Positions 1 to 9,361 are shown, counted from the first letter of the stretch. The stretch is DNA of 64,000 nucleotides from an uncultured Chloroflexia bacterium (GCA_963743795.1 CAVUQZ010000004.1:429992-493991), one strand, 5' to 3'. The notes: generated by a model from the letters alone, not told the origin. Program-made: numbers and translations.

Positions 1-1316
1 GCTGCATCCTTGCCTTCCTCGCGGTTGGCTCGAATTGAGATGGCGATGGCATCCTGGAGGTTGTCGATCCGTGAGGCCAGGTCCGCGGCGAACAGGCTCA
101 GGATCCCCGCCGTCGTCTCGGCGTCGGCCAGGCCACGATGCGAAGTCTCGACCTCGATGCCGAGGAAACGCGCGATCTCGCCGAGCTTGTACGACTCGAG
201 GTCCGGGTAGCCCTCGCGGGCGATGACCAGGGTGTCGAAACAGCCGCCGGCGATGAACTTGCCAGGCTCGCCGAGTGCTTCGTCCAGGAACCCGAGGTCG
301 AAGCCGATGTTGTGGCCCACCACGGGCGACCCCGCAACGAAGGCGAGGAGCTTCTCGGCCGCCTCACGAGCCACCGGAGCGCCTGCCACGTCGGCATCCG
401 TTATGCCGTGCATCTGGGCGCCGAAGATGGCCCGTCCGGGGCTCACCAGTGTCGAGAAGCGATCGACTATCTGGCCGTCGCGCACGCGGACGGCGCCGAT
501 CTCGATCAGGTCGGCGACCTTCGGGTCGCGACCGGTGGTCTCGGTGTCTACGACTACGAACTCGGAGCCGGGCGTGCGAACCTTCGCCAGGAAGTCGAGG
601 ACGGAACCCGTGCCCGGCTCGAGATAGCCCAGGACCTTGGGCTTGCCCGCCGCCTCGCGGAGCTGCTCCTGGATGTCGATCAGGGGCTGGAGGGCGCGAT
701 GTCCAAAGAGGATGGCCTCGGCCATCACTTCTTCGGGGACGATCGAGGCGCCGGCCTCGACCATCATGATGGCGTCGCGCGTTCCCGAGACTACGAGATC
801 GATGTCGGAGTTCTCGAGGTCGGAGACCGTCGGGTTCACCACGAACTCACCGTCGATGCGGCCGATCCGGACGGCGCCGATTGGGCCCATGAACGGGATC
901 GGACTGATTGTCAGGGCGCACGAGGCGGCGAAGGTGCCCAGGACGTCCACCTGGTTCTGCTGGTCGGTGGAGAGGACGGTGATCACGATCTGGACGTCGT
1001 CCTTGTACCCCTCTGGGAAGAGCGGCCGGATCGGGCGGTCGGTCAGCCGGCAGGCCAGGATGGCCGCCTCGGACGGCCGCGACTCCCGCTTGATGAAGCC
1101 GCCCGGGATCTTGCCGGCGGCGTACATGCGCTCCTCGAACTCGACGGTGAGCGGGAAGAAGTCCAGGCCGGGCCGCGGATCGGACCGGTTGGCGGTCCCC
1201 AGGACCATGGTGTCGCCGAAACGAACCGTCACGGCCCCGCCGGCGAGCAGGGCCATCTTGCCGGTCTCGATGGTCAGGGTGCGGCCGGCGAATTGCGTCT
1301 CGAATGTCTGAGACAC
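1..1316 (-). CDS. pnp: polynucleotide phosphorylase, N-terminal part (gene continues beyond the left edge)
   Basis: My translation from GTG at 1314-1316 gives [59 protein letters not shown]..., the conserved PNPase N-terminus. AGGAGG lies 10 nt upstream. The gene sits directly downstream of rpsO. It is absent from the ORF track because it has no stop in the window. Confidence 0.85.
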   Translation of the reverse strand, partial: MSQTFETQFAGRTLTIETGKMALLAGGAVTVRFGDTMVLGTANRSDPRPGLDFFPLTVEFEERMYAAGKIPGGFIKRESRPSEAAILACRLTDRPIRPLFPEGYKDDVQIVITVLSTDQQNQVDVLGTFAASCALTISPIPFMGPIGAVRIGRIDGEFVVNPTVSDLENSDIDLVVSGTRDAIMMVEAGASIVPEEVMAEAILFGHRALQPLIDIQEQLREAAGKPKVLGYLEPGTGSVLDFLAKVRTPGSEFVVVDTETTGRDPKVADLIEIGAVRVRDGQIVDRFSTLVSPGRAIFGAQMHGITDADVAGAPVAREAAEKLLAFVAGSPVVGHNIGFDLGFLDEALGEPGKFIAGGCFDTLVIAREGYPDLESYKLGEIARFLGIEVETSHRGLADAETTAGILSLFAADLASRIDNLQDAIAISIRANREEGKDA

Positions 1317-1388
1317 GAGTGTGTTTCCTCCTGAGCTAGGAGGAAGGATGTGTCCTCATCTCGCCTGGGCGAGCCGGGCGCGGGAGAT

Positions 1389-1422
1389 GCCTTGGCGAGG
1401 TTCTCCGCCTCGCGTCCAAGGC
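1389..1422 (-). promoter_or_regulatory. stable stem-loop in the rpsO-pnp spacer (possible attenuator or processing hairpin)
   Basis: On the minus strand: GCCTTG-gac-GCGAGG-cggagaa-CCTCGC-CAAGGC, a 12-bp stem with a 3-nt bulge that starts 7 nt after the rpsO stop. No U-tract follows. In E. coli a hairpin at this position mediates pnp autoregulation (established knowledge; homology not shown). Confidence 0.4.
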
Positions 1423-1429
1423 CGAGGCG

Positions 1430-1699
1430 CTAGCGGCGCAGACCGAGCCGTGCAATGACGGCACGATAGCGAGCGTTGTCCTTCTTGATCAGGTACGCAA
1501 GAAGGCGGCGTCGCTGTCCGACGAGCTTGAGGAGGCCGCGGCGGGACTGGTTGTCCTTCGGGAAGCTTCGCAGGTGCTCCGTGAGCTCCTTGATCCTTTC
1601 GGTCAAGAGTGCGATCTGCACCTCTGCTGAGCCTGTGTCGCCATCCTTGACGGCGTACTCCGAGATCACCTGTTCCTTCGTCTCCCGCGCGAGCGGCAC
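1430..1699 (-). CDS. rpsO: 30S ribosomal protein S15
   Basis: 89 aa with [24 protein letters not shown] and [18 protein letters not shown], typical of S15. GTG start preceded by GGAGGA. Confidence 0.95.
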   Translation of the reverse strand: MPLARETKEQVISEYAVKDGDTGSAEVQIALLTERIKELTEHLRSFPKDNQSRRGLLKLVGQRRRLLAYLIKKDNARYRAVIARLGLRR

Positions 1700-2132
1700 A
1701 CAATCCTCCGAATAGCTCTCTATGACTATGGTTTCTCTAACTCTCTAAATGCCTGGCGGATGGTATCAGGGTTCGCACGCCGGTGCCAGTTGCCCGGACC
1801 CGCCGGCATTTGCCTGGAGTGGCCGCGATCCCCGCCAGGGCCGGCACGGGGCCGCCGCGACAGCGGCGAGAGCCTGCGGCGGCGCAGACACCCACGAGGT
1901 AGCTCAGCTATCCACGCGGCGACTACCATTCCTCGCCCCTGAGTCCATCTGGTGCACAAGGCTTGAACCTGCGCCGCGGGCGGGCTTGGGCTGAGCGTGG
2001 ATCGTCGCTCTTCGAGGCCCTGTGTGCTCGCCAGGGAAGGTAAGAGCCAGAGGGCCGCTCGATAGTAGTCACGCCGTGGCTGAGTGGCGCGCCACGTGGC
2101 CGCTCCCAGCAAGAGCGGAGCAGCCGGGACGG

Positions 2133-3974
2133 CTACTGAGAGCCTTCCGTGACCGCCAGCACGAACCTGATCTGGCCGTCCGGCGAGTCCTCGCCTGCTT
2201 GCAGCGAAACTGCGCCGCCCCTGATGACGGCCGTGCCGCGCGTGGCCGCCGGGATCGCCGGCCTGCCCAGGGCCCAGCCCGGGCCAATCAGAACCGGGTA
2301 CGTGCCGTCGGGCGGCAGGCAGACGGGGACGTCGAACGCGAGGCGACGCTCGGAAGCGCCCGCGTCGGCGGTGCTCCCTGCAATGCCGGATACGGAGAGA
2401 GGCCTGCCCAGGAGTTGTTGCGCACCCGCCAGGTCACCGGCCGCGACGCGGCGCCGGATCTCCGAGCTGCGAACCTGTTCGCCGTCGAGCAGGTAGGAAC
2501 TGACGACCGTGACCGCGAAACCCGTCCGAGCTCCGAGTTCCTCGAGGGCCTCGGGGGTCCCGCGCCGCTCGAAGCCGAAGGCCGCATCGGGCGTCATGGC
2601 GAACCCGGCCAGATCCACGCGACCCGCGATTCGGGACACGAATTCGTCATAGGCGGTGATCCGGAGGGCATGGTCGAAGTGCTGGACCACCGCGACCTCG
2701 ATCCCGGCAGCCTCGAGACGAACCAGCCGCTCGTCCGGGTCGCAGAGGAGAGGCGGAGCCAGCCCGTCGATGACTTCTTCGGGATGGGCGTCGAAGGTCA
2801 CGATGGCGGGGCGCGCCCCCGCTCGAGCCGCCGCCCTGCGGAGCTCGCGAAGGAGGTACAGATGGCCGCGGTGGAGACCGTCGAAGACGCCGACGGCCAG
2901 ATACAACCGCCCAAGATCCGGCGTGAGGCTCTCGATACCCGCCACGACCTGCATGCGGTTCCCCGCGCGGACCACGCGCAGCGGCCGCTCGCCGGTACGT
3001 GGCGGCCGAGGCGCGACGTCGGCCCGGGGCCGCGAGTCTTCGCCGGCTTCGAGCGTCACGAAGATCTTCTCCGGAACGATGCGACCGGCCTTCCACGAGC
3101 CCATGCCGATCAGCCGATCGTTCTCGTCCAGGATCCGCAGCGTGTCGCCCTGCTCCAGGTGCGGGCGGTGCTCGGGTTTGACCTGCTGTCCGCGTGACGC
3201 AGCGGTCACCTCGGCCGCAGTCAGGACTGCTGCCGGGATGCCTTCCAGGCCGGCGTCGATCGGCAGGAGAAGCTCGGCCAGGGCCGCGGGTCCTTCGGCG
3301 GCCGCCCGGCGGATCTCGTCGATCGAGCGCGCGGCCGCCAGGCGAAATGGGCCGCTCGCGGTCCGTGTCAGGGCTCCCAGATAGGCGCCGCAACCCAACC
3401 GTTCTCCCAGGTCTCGCGCAATCGACCGCACGTAGGTGCCGGCGCCGCACTCGACCTCCAGGACGGCCGTGGGGCGGGCGGGATCGATTGCGTCCCACTC
3501 CGCGAGAGCCAGCCGGTGGATGACCACGGCACGCGGCGGCAGCTCCTGCGGCGCCCCCTGGCGGGCGAACTGATAGGCGCGCCGGCCGCCGACTCGGAGC
3601 GCGCTGAACGCCGGCGGCCGCTGCAGGATGGGGCCCCGAAACTGGCCCAAAGCCGCCTCCACTGCCTCTCGCGTCGGCGCCGGGCCGGCCCCCGGAACCA
3701 GCTCCCCGTCACGATCGTCGGTTTCCGAGCTCGCTCCGAAGCACACCGTGGCGCGGTATGCCTTGGCGTCGGCCATGTGGTATTCGACCAGCCGCGTGGC
3801 CAGGCCGAGGAAGACCGGCAGCACCCCGGTCGCGAACGGATCGAGCGTTCCGCCATGGCCCACGCGGCGAGTTCCGGTCAACCGCCGGATGAGGGCGACT
3901 ACATCGTGCGAGGTGAAGCCAGGGTCCTTGGCCACGACCAGGACCCCGTCCATGCCGCGCGGGCGATCGGCCAC
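2133..3974 (-). CDS. truB/ribF: tRNA pseudouridine-55 synthase TruB fused in frame to riboflavin kinase/FAD synthetase RibF (single 613-aa ORF)
   Basis: N-terminal half has the TruB motifs (VVAKDPGFTSHDVV, GHGGTLDPFATGVL). C-terminal half has the RibF motifs (AVGVFDGLHRGHLYLL, IVTFDAHPEEV). A 34-aa linker joins them with no stop codon. RibF could also start at the internal ATG (MQVVAGIESL). Confidence 0.8.
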   Translation of the reverse strand: MADRPRGMDGVLVVAKDPGFTSHDVVALIRRLTGTRRVGHGGTLDPFATGVLPVFLGLATRLVEYHMADAKAYRATVCFGASSETDDRDGELVPGAGPAPTREAVEAALGQFRGPILQRPPAFSALRVGGRRAYQFARQGAPQELPPRAVVIHRLALAEWDAIDPARPTAVLEVECGAGTYVRSIARDLGERLGCGAYLGALTRTASGPFRLAAARSIDEIRRAAAEGPAALAELLLPIDAGLEGIPAAVLTAAEVTAASRGQQVKPEHRPHLEQGDTLRILDENDRLIGMGSWKAGRIVPEKIFVTLEAGEDSRPRADVAPRPPRTGERPLRVVRAGNRMQVVAGIESLTPDLGRLYLAVGVFDGLHRGHLYLLRELRRAAARAGARPAIVTFDAHPEEVIDGLAPPLLCDPDERLVRLEAAGIEVAVVQHFDHALRITAYDEFVSRIAGRVDLAGFAMTPDAAFGFERRGTPEALEELGARTGFAVTVVSSYLLDGEQVRSSEIRRRVAAGDLAGAQQLLGRPLSVSGIAGSTADAGASERRLAFDVPVCLPPDGTYPVLIGPGWALGRPAIPAATRGTAVIRGGAVSLQAGEDSPDGQIRFVLAVTEGSQ

Positions 3975-3977
3975 CGT

Positions 3978-5012
3978 CTAGCGCTCGACGGCGGCCACCA
4001 GAAGGGCCGCCCTCGCCAGAACGGCTCGGCGCGCTTCTTCCAGCGGCAGCGGCACGGTGGCTCCGGCCGCCCGAGCGTGCCCTCCTCCACCGAACGAACC
4101 CGTCAGGACCGTCGCGTCGACCCCGCCGTCGCGGGTCCGGACGCTGACGCGCGTCGAATCGCCGTCCTCCTTGAACAGGATGGACGCTTCGGAGGTCTTC
4201 GACTGGCCCAGCAGATCGACCAGACCCTCGGACTCGGCGGGATCCGCCCCGCTCGCCTCAAGGTCCGCCAGCTCCAGTGTCGACCAGACCAGCCGGCCAT
4301 CCATCTCGGACTGCATTCGAGCCAGCACCCGTCCGAAGAGAGACAGCTGCGTGTTCGGCTTGGTGCGGTACAGGCGCCGCGCGATCTCGCTCAGAGGGGC
4401 GCCGGCTTCACGCAGGGCCGCCGCCACGACCAGCGTGCGCGGCGTGACGTTGGGATGCTGGAAGTTGCCGGTGTCCATGACCACCCCGGCGGCGAGGGCG
4501 GAGGTCAGCATGCCGTCCGCGGCCGTCAGCGGCACGCCGAGTCGCCACGCGATCAGAGTGACCATCTCGCATGTCGCCGAGCTGGTCGGGTCGACCCAAT
4601 CCACCGCTCCGAAGCCAGGGTTGGAGATGTGGTGGTCGATGTCGAGGATGGGAACGCGTCCGAACAGCTCGGCGTGGCTCTGCAGTACCGGCCCAACCCG
4701 GTCGAGCTCGCCGCAATCGCCGACGACGATGAGGTCGTAGTCGACAGTCGGGTCGGGTTCCCGGCGGATCCTGTCCATGCCCGGCAGGAAGTCGTACATC
4801 GCCGGGACGGGGTCCGCACAAACGGGCGTAGCCACTCCCCCGCCCGCTTCGACCAGCAGGCTGACCGCCAGGGCCGAGCCGAGCGCGTCCGCCTCGGGGT
4901 GCTCGTGGCAGATTGTCAGGACCCGGCGCGCGGCGCGCAGGCGATCCACCACCGCTTCCGGCACGGCCGCGGCGTAGACGGACAGATCGACGGTCGGAGC
5001 GGCAGGGCTCAC
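3978..5012 (-). CDS. nrnA: DHH/DHHA1 phosphoesterase (NrnA-type oligoribonuclease/pAp phosphatase)
   Basis: 344 aa with the DHH motif ILDIDHHISN and the DHHA1 motif FGGGGHARAAG. GTG start overlaps the rbfA stop (GTGA). Confidence 0.85.
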   Translation of the reverse strand: MSPAAPTVDLSVYAAAVPEAVVDRLRAARRVLTICHEHPEADALGSALAVSLLVEAGGGVATPVCADPVPAMYDFLPGMDRIRREPDPTVDYDLIVVGDCGELDRVGPVLQSHAELFGRVPILDIDHHISNPGFGAVDWVDPTSSATCEMVTLIAWRLGVPLTAADGMLTSALAAGVVMDTGNFQHPNVTPRTLVVAAALREAGAPLSEIARRLYRTKPNTQLSLFGRVLARMQSEMDGRLVWSTLELADLEASGADPAESEGLVDLLGQSKTSEASILFKEDGDSTRVSVRTRDGGVDATVLTGSFGGGGHARAAGATVPLPLEEARRAVLARAALLVAAVER

Positions 5013-5587
5013 TTCGGCCTCCGCTGCGAATCAGCTCTGGGCGCTCGTCCGTTCGCGCCGCCGGGACCGCCGCGGCCACGACCAGAGTCGCGACCGGAGC
5101 CGCGACCTGCCTGCCAGGTTCGCTTCTTCCGGGGAGCCGGCGTCGGAAGGGACTCGCCCGGTTCCTCCGCGACGTCGCCTTCGTGTGGCAGTCTGGGAAC
5201 CGGCGTGGGAAGGGACTCGCCAGCCGTGGCGACGTCCTCGGGCAGCCGGCCCGCCGCCAGGTCGTTGATGATCTGGAGGACGCGCGTGCCGCGTTGCACG
5301 GTATCGTCCAGCCGCACCTCGAGCTCGGGGATCCGCCTGAGCCGGATCTTCGACCCGAGGCCGTGACGGATATACGGCATGGCCCGTCGCAGCCCCGCGA
5401 GAGCCTCCTTGCGCCGTTCGTCGGTGCCGATGACGCTGACCCAGACGCGGGCGTGGGCTAGATCCGGCGTAGTCTCGACCTTCGTGACGGTGACGAAGCC
5501 GATACCCGGGTCCGTCACCTCGCGCTCGAGCGCCTGACCGATCTCCTGGCGCAGAAGCTCGTCGACTTTCTGCGTTCGCTGTGTCAT
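5009..5587 (-). CDS. rbfA: ribosome-binding factor A with a ~70-aa Pro/Gly/Arg-rich C-terminal tail
   Basis: The N-terminal 120 aa are RbfA-like (RTQKVDELLRQEIGQAL, FVTVTKVETTPDLAHARVWVSV, IPELEVRLD). The tail contains the repeat GESLPTP(V/A)PR. Confidence 0.9.
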   Translation of the reverse strand: MTQRTQKVDELLRQEIGQALEREVTDPGIGFVTVTKVETTPDLAHARVWVSVIGTDERRKEALAGLRRAMPYIRHGLGSKIRLRRIPELEVRLDDTVQRGTRVLQIINDLAAGRLPEDVATAGESLPTPVPRLPHEGDVAEEPGESLPTPAPRKKRTWQAGRGSGRDSGRGRGGPGGANGRAPRADSQRRPK

Positions 5588-5623
5588 CGAGGCTGGCCTC
5601 TCCGGCTCAACGGATCGCCCGGG

Positions 5624-7532
5624 TCAACCGACTGCCCGGCTCACCATCTGTTGGGTGAAGCACTCGATGATGTCGCCTTCGATCAGGTCGTTCGAGCCGG
5701 CCAGACCGATACCGCATTCGAAGTTGGTGCCCACCTCGCGGACGTCGTCCCGGAAGCGCCGGAGTGACTCGATCCTGTCGGTGAGAATGACCTTGCCGCC
5801 GCGCCAGACGCGAGCCCCGCCGCCGCGAAGGATGCGCCCGTCCGTGACGTAGCAGCCGGCAATGACGGCAACCTTGCCGACCTTGAAGATCTGGCGGACC
5901 TCGGCGCGACCTTCGACGGACTCCACCTGCTCGGGCTCGAGCATGCCTCGCAAAGCCGCGGAAATGTCGTCGGTCAGCTTGTAGATGATGTCGTACAGGC
6001 GGACGTCGACCTTCTCCAGCTCGGAGGCCCGTCTGGCCGTGTCGGTGACCTTTGTGTTGAAGCCGACGACGATGGCGTTGGACGCCGACGCCAGCATGAT
6101 GTCGTTGTCCGTGATATCGCCCGCGCCCTCGTGAATGACGTTGATGCGGACTTCGTCAGTGGACAGCTGCTGAAGGGCGTGGCCGATTGCACCGAGGGAC
6201 CCCGACACGTCGGCCTTCAGGATGATCCGCAGCTCCTTGGTCTGACCGGCCTGGATCTGGGCGTATAGGTCTTCCAGGGTCGTTTTGCCGCTGCCCTCGG
6301 ACCTGGTCGCGGTAGCGGCACGCCGTTCCTCGACCATCGCCCGAGCGGTCTTCTCGTCGGCTACGACGCGCAGGATGTCGCCGGCCTGCGGAACGTCCGC
6401 CAGACCCAGGACCACGGCCGGGCGTCGAAGGGCCGGCCTTGGTGATGCGCTTGCCCAGCCCGTTCTCGAGGGCGCGAACCTTGCCGTAGGTCTCGCCGAC
6501 GACGATGACGTCGCCGACCCGCAGGGTACCCGTGGAGACAAGGGCAGTCGCAACCGGGCCTCGGCCCTTGTCCAGCTCCGCCTCGACGATCGTGCCGATG
6601 GCAGGCCGCTTGGGATTCGCCTTGAGCTCGAGCAAGTCCGCCACGAGGATGATCATCTCGAGCAGCTCGTCCAGGCCAAGACGGGCCTTGGCCGAGACCG
6701 GCACCATCGGCACGTCGCCGCCGTACTCCTCGACCACGACGCCAGCCTCGGCCAGACCGTTCTTGACGCGGTCCGGGTTTGCGTCAGGCTTGTCGATCTT
6801 GTTGAGGGCGATGACGATCGGCACCTTAGCCGCGCGGGCATGATCGATCGCCTCAAGGGTCTGAGGCATCACACCGTCGTCCGCGGCGACCACGACCACC
6901 GCGATGTCCGTGACCTTGGCGCCGCGGGCGCGCATAGCCGTGAACGCTTCGTGGCCCGGGGTGTCCAGGAAGACGATGTGGCGGCCGTCCTTGACCACCT
7001 CACTCGCGCCGATGTGCTGGGTTATGCCACCCCGCTCGCCGGCGGCGACCTTCGTGGTCCGGATGGCGTCGAGCAGCGAAGTCTTGCCGTGGTCGACGTG
7101 GCCCATCACGGTCACGATCGGTGCGCGAGGCTGCAGGAGTGACGCCTCGTCCTCCTCGAACAGTTGCTCCTTGGTAGCGGCGCTCACCGGGGTCGTCTCC
7201 GCTGCCGCGCCGTCGGCGCCGGCGGCCGCTCCTGACGAGACCGCCTCGGCGACCTCGTAGCCGAGCTCCTCGGCGACTAGAGAGGCGGTCTCCCGGTCTA
7301 TCCCCTGGTTTATGTTCGCGAAGATGCCGCTCTTGATCAGCTCGCGGATGACGTCGGCTGGATTTACTCCGAGCATGTCGGCCAGGTCCTTGACCGTGAC
7401 GCTCGACGGCAGCTCGATCGCTCCGCGGTCCCGCGGATCCCCGACCGATACCGCTCCCGGGACGCCGTTGTCGCGGCGCGGCGGCTTGCGCGGCCCACGC
7501 CGGCCCCGCGTGCCGCTCCTACTCTTGGCCAC
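5624..7532 (-). CDS. infB: translation initiation factor IF-2, interrupted by one apparent +1 frameshift near 6416-6422
   Basis: ORF 6156..7532 carries the G domain ([29 protein letters not shown]) up to ...[12 protein letters not shown] 5624..6553 continues with [18 protein letters not shown]... to the C-terminus. Removing one G from the minus-strand CCCGGCC joins them seamlessly. Confidence 0.9.
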
Positions 7533-7824
7533 TCTTCTCTCCTTCTTCGATCGCGCTCGCCTCCCCTGTCAGTTCGGCCCGGAGCTCGGCGGGGATCGGT
7601 ACCTCCAGCGCACGCTGGAGCGAGCCTTTGTCGAAGGCCACTCTGCGGCACTCTTCGCTATTGCAGACGTAGGCGCCACGGCCGGCCATCTTGCCGGTGG
7701 GATCGATAACGACCTTGCCGTCCGGCGTCCGCACGATTCGACGCAGGTCGCGCTTCTGCCGCGTCGTCCGGCAGACGACGCAGGTTCGGGCCGGGAAGCG
7801 CCGCGGGGGCGCGCCCCGGGCTAC
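7519..7824 (-). CDS. ylxR: YlxR/DUF448 RNA-binding protein of the nusA-infB operon (start uncertain)
   Basis: The ORF track begins at 7734. The conserved part [41 protein letters not shown] extends upstream in frame. No ATG, GTG, TTG or CTG is available there; a GTA at 7822-7824 lies 7 nt after GGGGAGG. Confidence 0.7.
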   Translation of the reverse strand, partial: VARGAPPRRFPARTCVVCRTTRQKRDLRRIVRTPDGKVVIDPTGKMAGRGAYVCNSEECRRVAFDKGSLQRALEVPIPAELRAELTGEASAIEEGEKSGQE

Positions 7825-9200
7825 GGCGAAACCTCCCCGCTGGCGTCCGTGGCGGCCGGCTCGGCGGCCGCGGCGGCGACCTTGGTCCTCTTGGGCTTCG
7901 CCGGAGCTGGCTTCTTCGCCTCGGCCGGCTCGGCGGGCGCGGCCTCCGCTGCCGCTGCCTCAGGCTTGGCGGCGGCTCTCGTCCGCCTGGGCTTCGCCGG
8001 AGCTGCCTTCTCGGCCTCGGCCGGCTCGGCCGCTACGGCTGGCTCGGCGGGGACGGCCTCCGACTCGCCTGTGAGAGCCGGCTCCGGCTCGGCCACTACC
8101 GCCGGCTCCGCTGTCTGGGCCACCACGGCCTCGCTCGCCAGCCCTTCCGCCTCCACTCTCGCCGCTTCCGCGACGGAGACGTCGCTGCGAATGTCGATTC
8201 GCCAGCCCGTCAGCTTGGCCGCCAGGCGAGCGTTCTGACCCTCGCGGCCGATGGCCAGGGACAGCATCCGCTCTGGGACCACGACATTGGCAATGCGATG
8301 CTCCTCGTCGATCCGGACCTCGATGACCTGGGCCGGGCTCAGCGCCTTGGCCACGAAGGTCGAGGCATCCTCGGACCATTCGATGACGTCGATCTTCTCG
8401 CCACCCAGCTCGGCCACCACTGCCTGGACCCGCGCTCCACGCTGTCCGACGGTGGCGCCCACCGGATCCAGCCCGGGCTGGCGGGAAGCCACAGCCACCT
8501 TCGAGCGGCTGCCGGCTTCGCGGGCGATCGCCTTGACCTCGACCGTTCCGGCATGGATCTCCGGCACCTCGAGCTCGAAGAGCCGCCGCAGGAAGCCTTT
8601 GTGGGTCCGGCTGACGTAGATCTGCGGGCCCTTGACGCTGCGGCGAACCTCCAGGACGTACGCCTTCACGTTCTGGCCGATGCGATAGTGCTCGAGCGGC
8701 GACTGCTCGGTCGTGGCCAGGATCGCCTCGGCCTTGCCGACGTCGATGATGATGGCGCGGGGTTCGACTCGCGACACGGTGCCGGTGATCAGCTCGCCCT
8801 CTCGGCTCGCATATTGATCGAAGACGACGTTGCGCTCGGCTTCGTGGAGCCGCTGAAGGACGACTTGCTTGGCCGTCTGGGCGTGGATGCGTCCGAACGC
8901 TTCCTGATCGAGCTGCTCCGTCTCGACGAGCTCGCCCGGCTCGACTTCCGGCCGGATCGCCCGAGCATCGGCCAGGATCATCTCGGTCGCGGGGTCCTCC
9001 ACCTCCTCGACCACAAGGCGCGCCCTAAAGACACGCACCTTGCCCGATTCGGCATCTATGCGGACGTGGATGTCTTCGTCTCCGGGGGTGCGCCGATAGG
9101 CCGACTGGATCGCCTCTTCGACGGTCCGAATGAGCTGCTCGCGCGAGACACCCTTCTCAGCGTTGAGCTGCAGGAGGGCGCCGACGAAATCCCGACTCAC
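7821..9200 (-). CDS. nusA: transcription termination/antitermination factor NusA with an Ala/Pro/Glu/Lys-rich C-terminal tail
   Basis: GTG at 9198-9200 lies 6 nt after GGGAGG. The protein starts VSRDFVGALLQLNAEKGVSREQL and has S1 and KH regions (ITGTVSRVEPRAIIIDVGKAEAIL, LAIGREGQNARLAAKLTGWRIDIRS). The 892-aa ORF in the track is a 5-prime over-extension. Confidence 0.9.
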   Translation of the reverse strand: MSRDFVGALLQLNAEKGVSREQLIRTVEEAIQSAYRRTPGDEDIHVRIDAESGKVRVFRARLVVEEVEDPATEMILADARAIRPEVEPGELVETEQLDQEAFGRIHAQTAKQVVLQRLHEAERNVVFDQYASREGELITGTVSRVEPRAIIIDVGKAEAILATTEQSPLEHYRIGQNVKAYVLEVRRSVKGPQIYVSRTHKGFLRRLFELEVPEIHAGTVEVKAIAREAGSRSKVAVASRQPGLDPVGATVGQRGARVQAVVAELGGEKIDVIEWSEDASTFVAKALSPAQVIEVRIDEEHRIANVVVPERMLSLAIGREGQNARLAAKLTGWRIDIRSDVSVAEAARVEAEGLASEAVVAQTAEPAVVAEPEPALTGESEAVPAEPAVAAEPAEAEKAAPAKPRRTRAAAKPEAAAAEAAPAEPAEAKKPAPAKPKRTKVAAAAAEPAATDASGEVSP

Positions 9201-9257
9201 TTCGCGCCTCCCATTCGTGCTTTCGGCCCTGGATTGTCGATCCGCCTCCGGCCACTC

Positions 9258-9286
9258 AACAAAAGACGTGGGGGTCACCCACGTCC
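9258..9286 (-). terminator. intrinsic terminator in the proS-nusA spacer
   Basis: Minus strand GACGTGGG-tgacc-CCCACGTC (8-bp GC-rich stem) followed immediately by TTTTGTTG. Confidence 0.6.
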
Positions 9287-9361
9287 CGAGCGGCCGGTAG
9301 ATTACCCGGAGTATACACGGCCCCACTGGACCATCCAATGGGCGACCGGCCAGTGGAGGCG

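Noticed and set aside
138-1334. Long plus-strand ORFs opposite conserved minus-strand genes. This one and, for example, 3516..5366, 16595..18478, 30700..32976, 39429..41489, 44409..45965, 49068..50342 and 57896..59404.
   Set aside because: Their products are Arg/Gly/Pro/Ala-rich with no recognisable motifs, and each lies antisense to a gene with clear family signatures. Such stop-poor shadow frames are expected in high-GC DNA.
1880-2060. tRNA-like and RNase P-like fragments in the rpsO upstream gap (GGTAGCTCAGC, GGTTCAAGCC...GCACCA, GGTAAGAGC)
   Set aside because: The D-loop-like and T-loop-like pieces are on opposite strands relative to each other. The T stem would have only 3 pairs and no acceptor stem can be formed. 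RNase P hallmarks (GGAAAGUCCGG, ACAGAA.CCGGCUUA) are absent.
7860-8060. Direct repeats in the nusA 3-prime region and in rbfA (5100-5230) as possible CRISPR or satellite repeats
   Set aside because: There are only two imperfect copies each, in frame within coding sequence, and they encode low-complexity protein tails. There is no repeat-spacer periodicity.
9310-9315. TATACT box as the nusA promoter
   Set aside because: A strong intrinsic terminator lies about 25 nt downstream on the same strand, so the box is more likely fortuitous or part of the proS 3-prime region. A similar TATACT at 60803-60808 upstream of ilvE was also left uncalled for lack of support.
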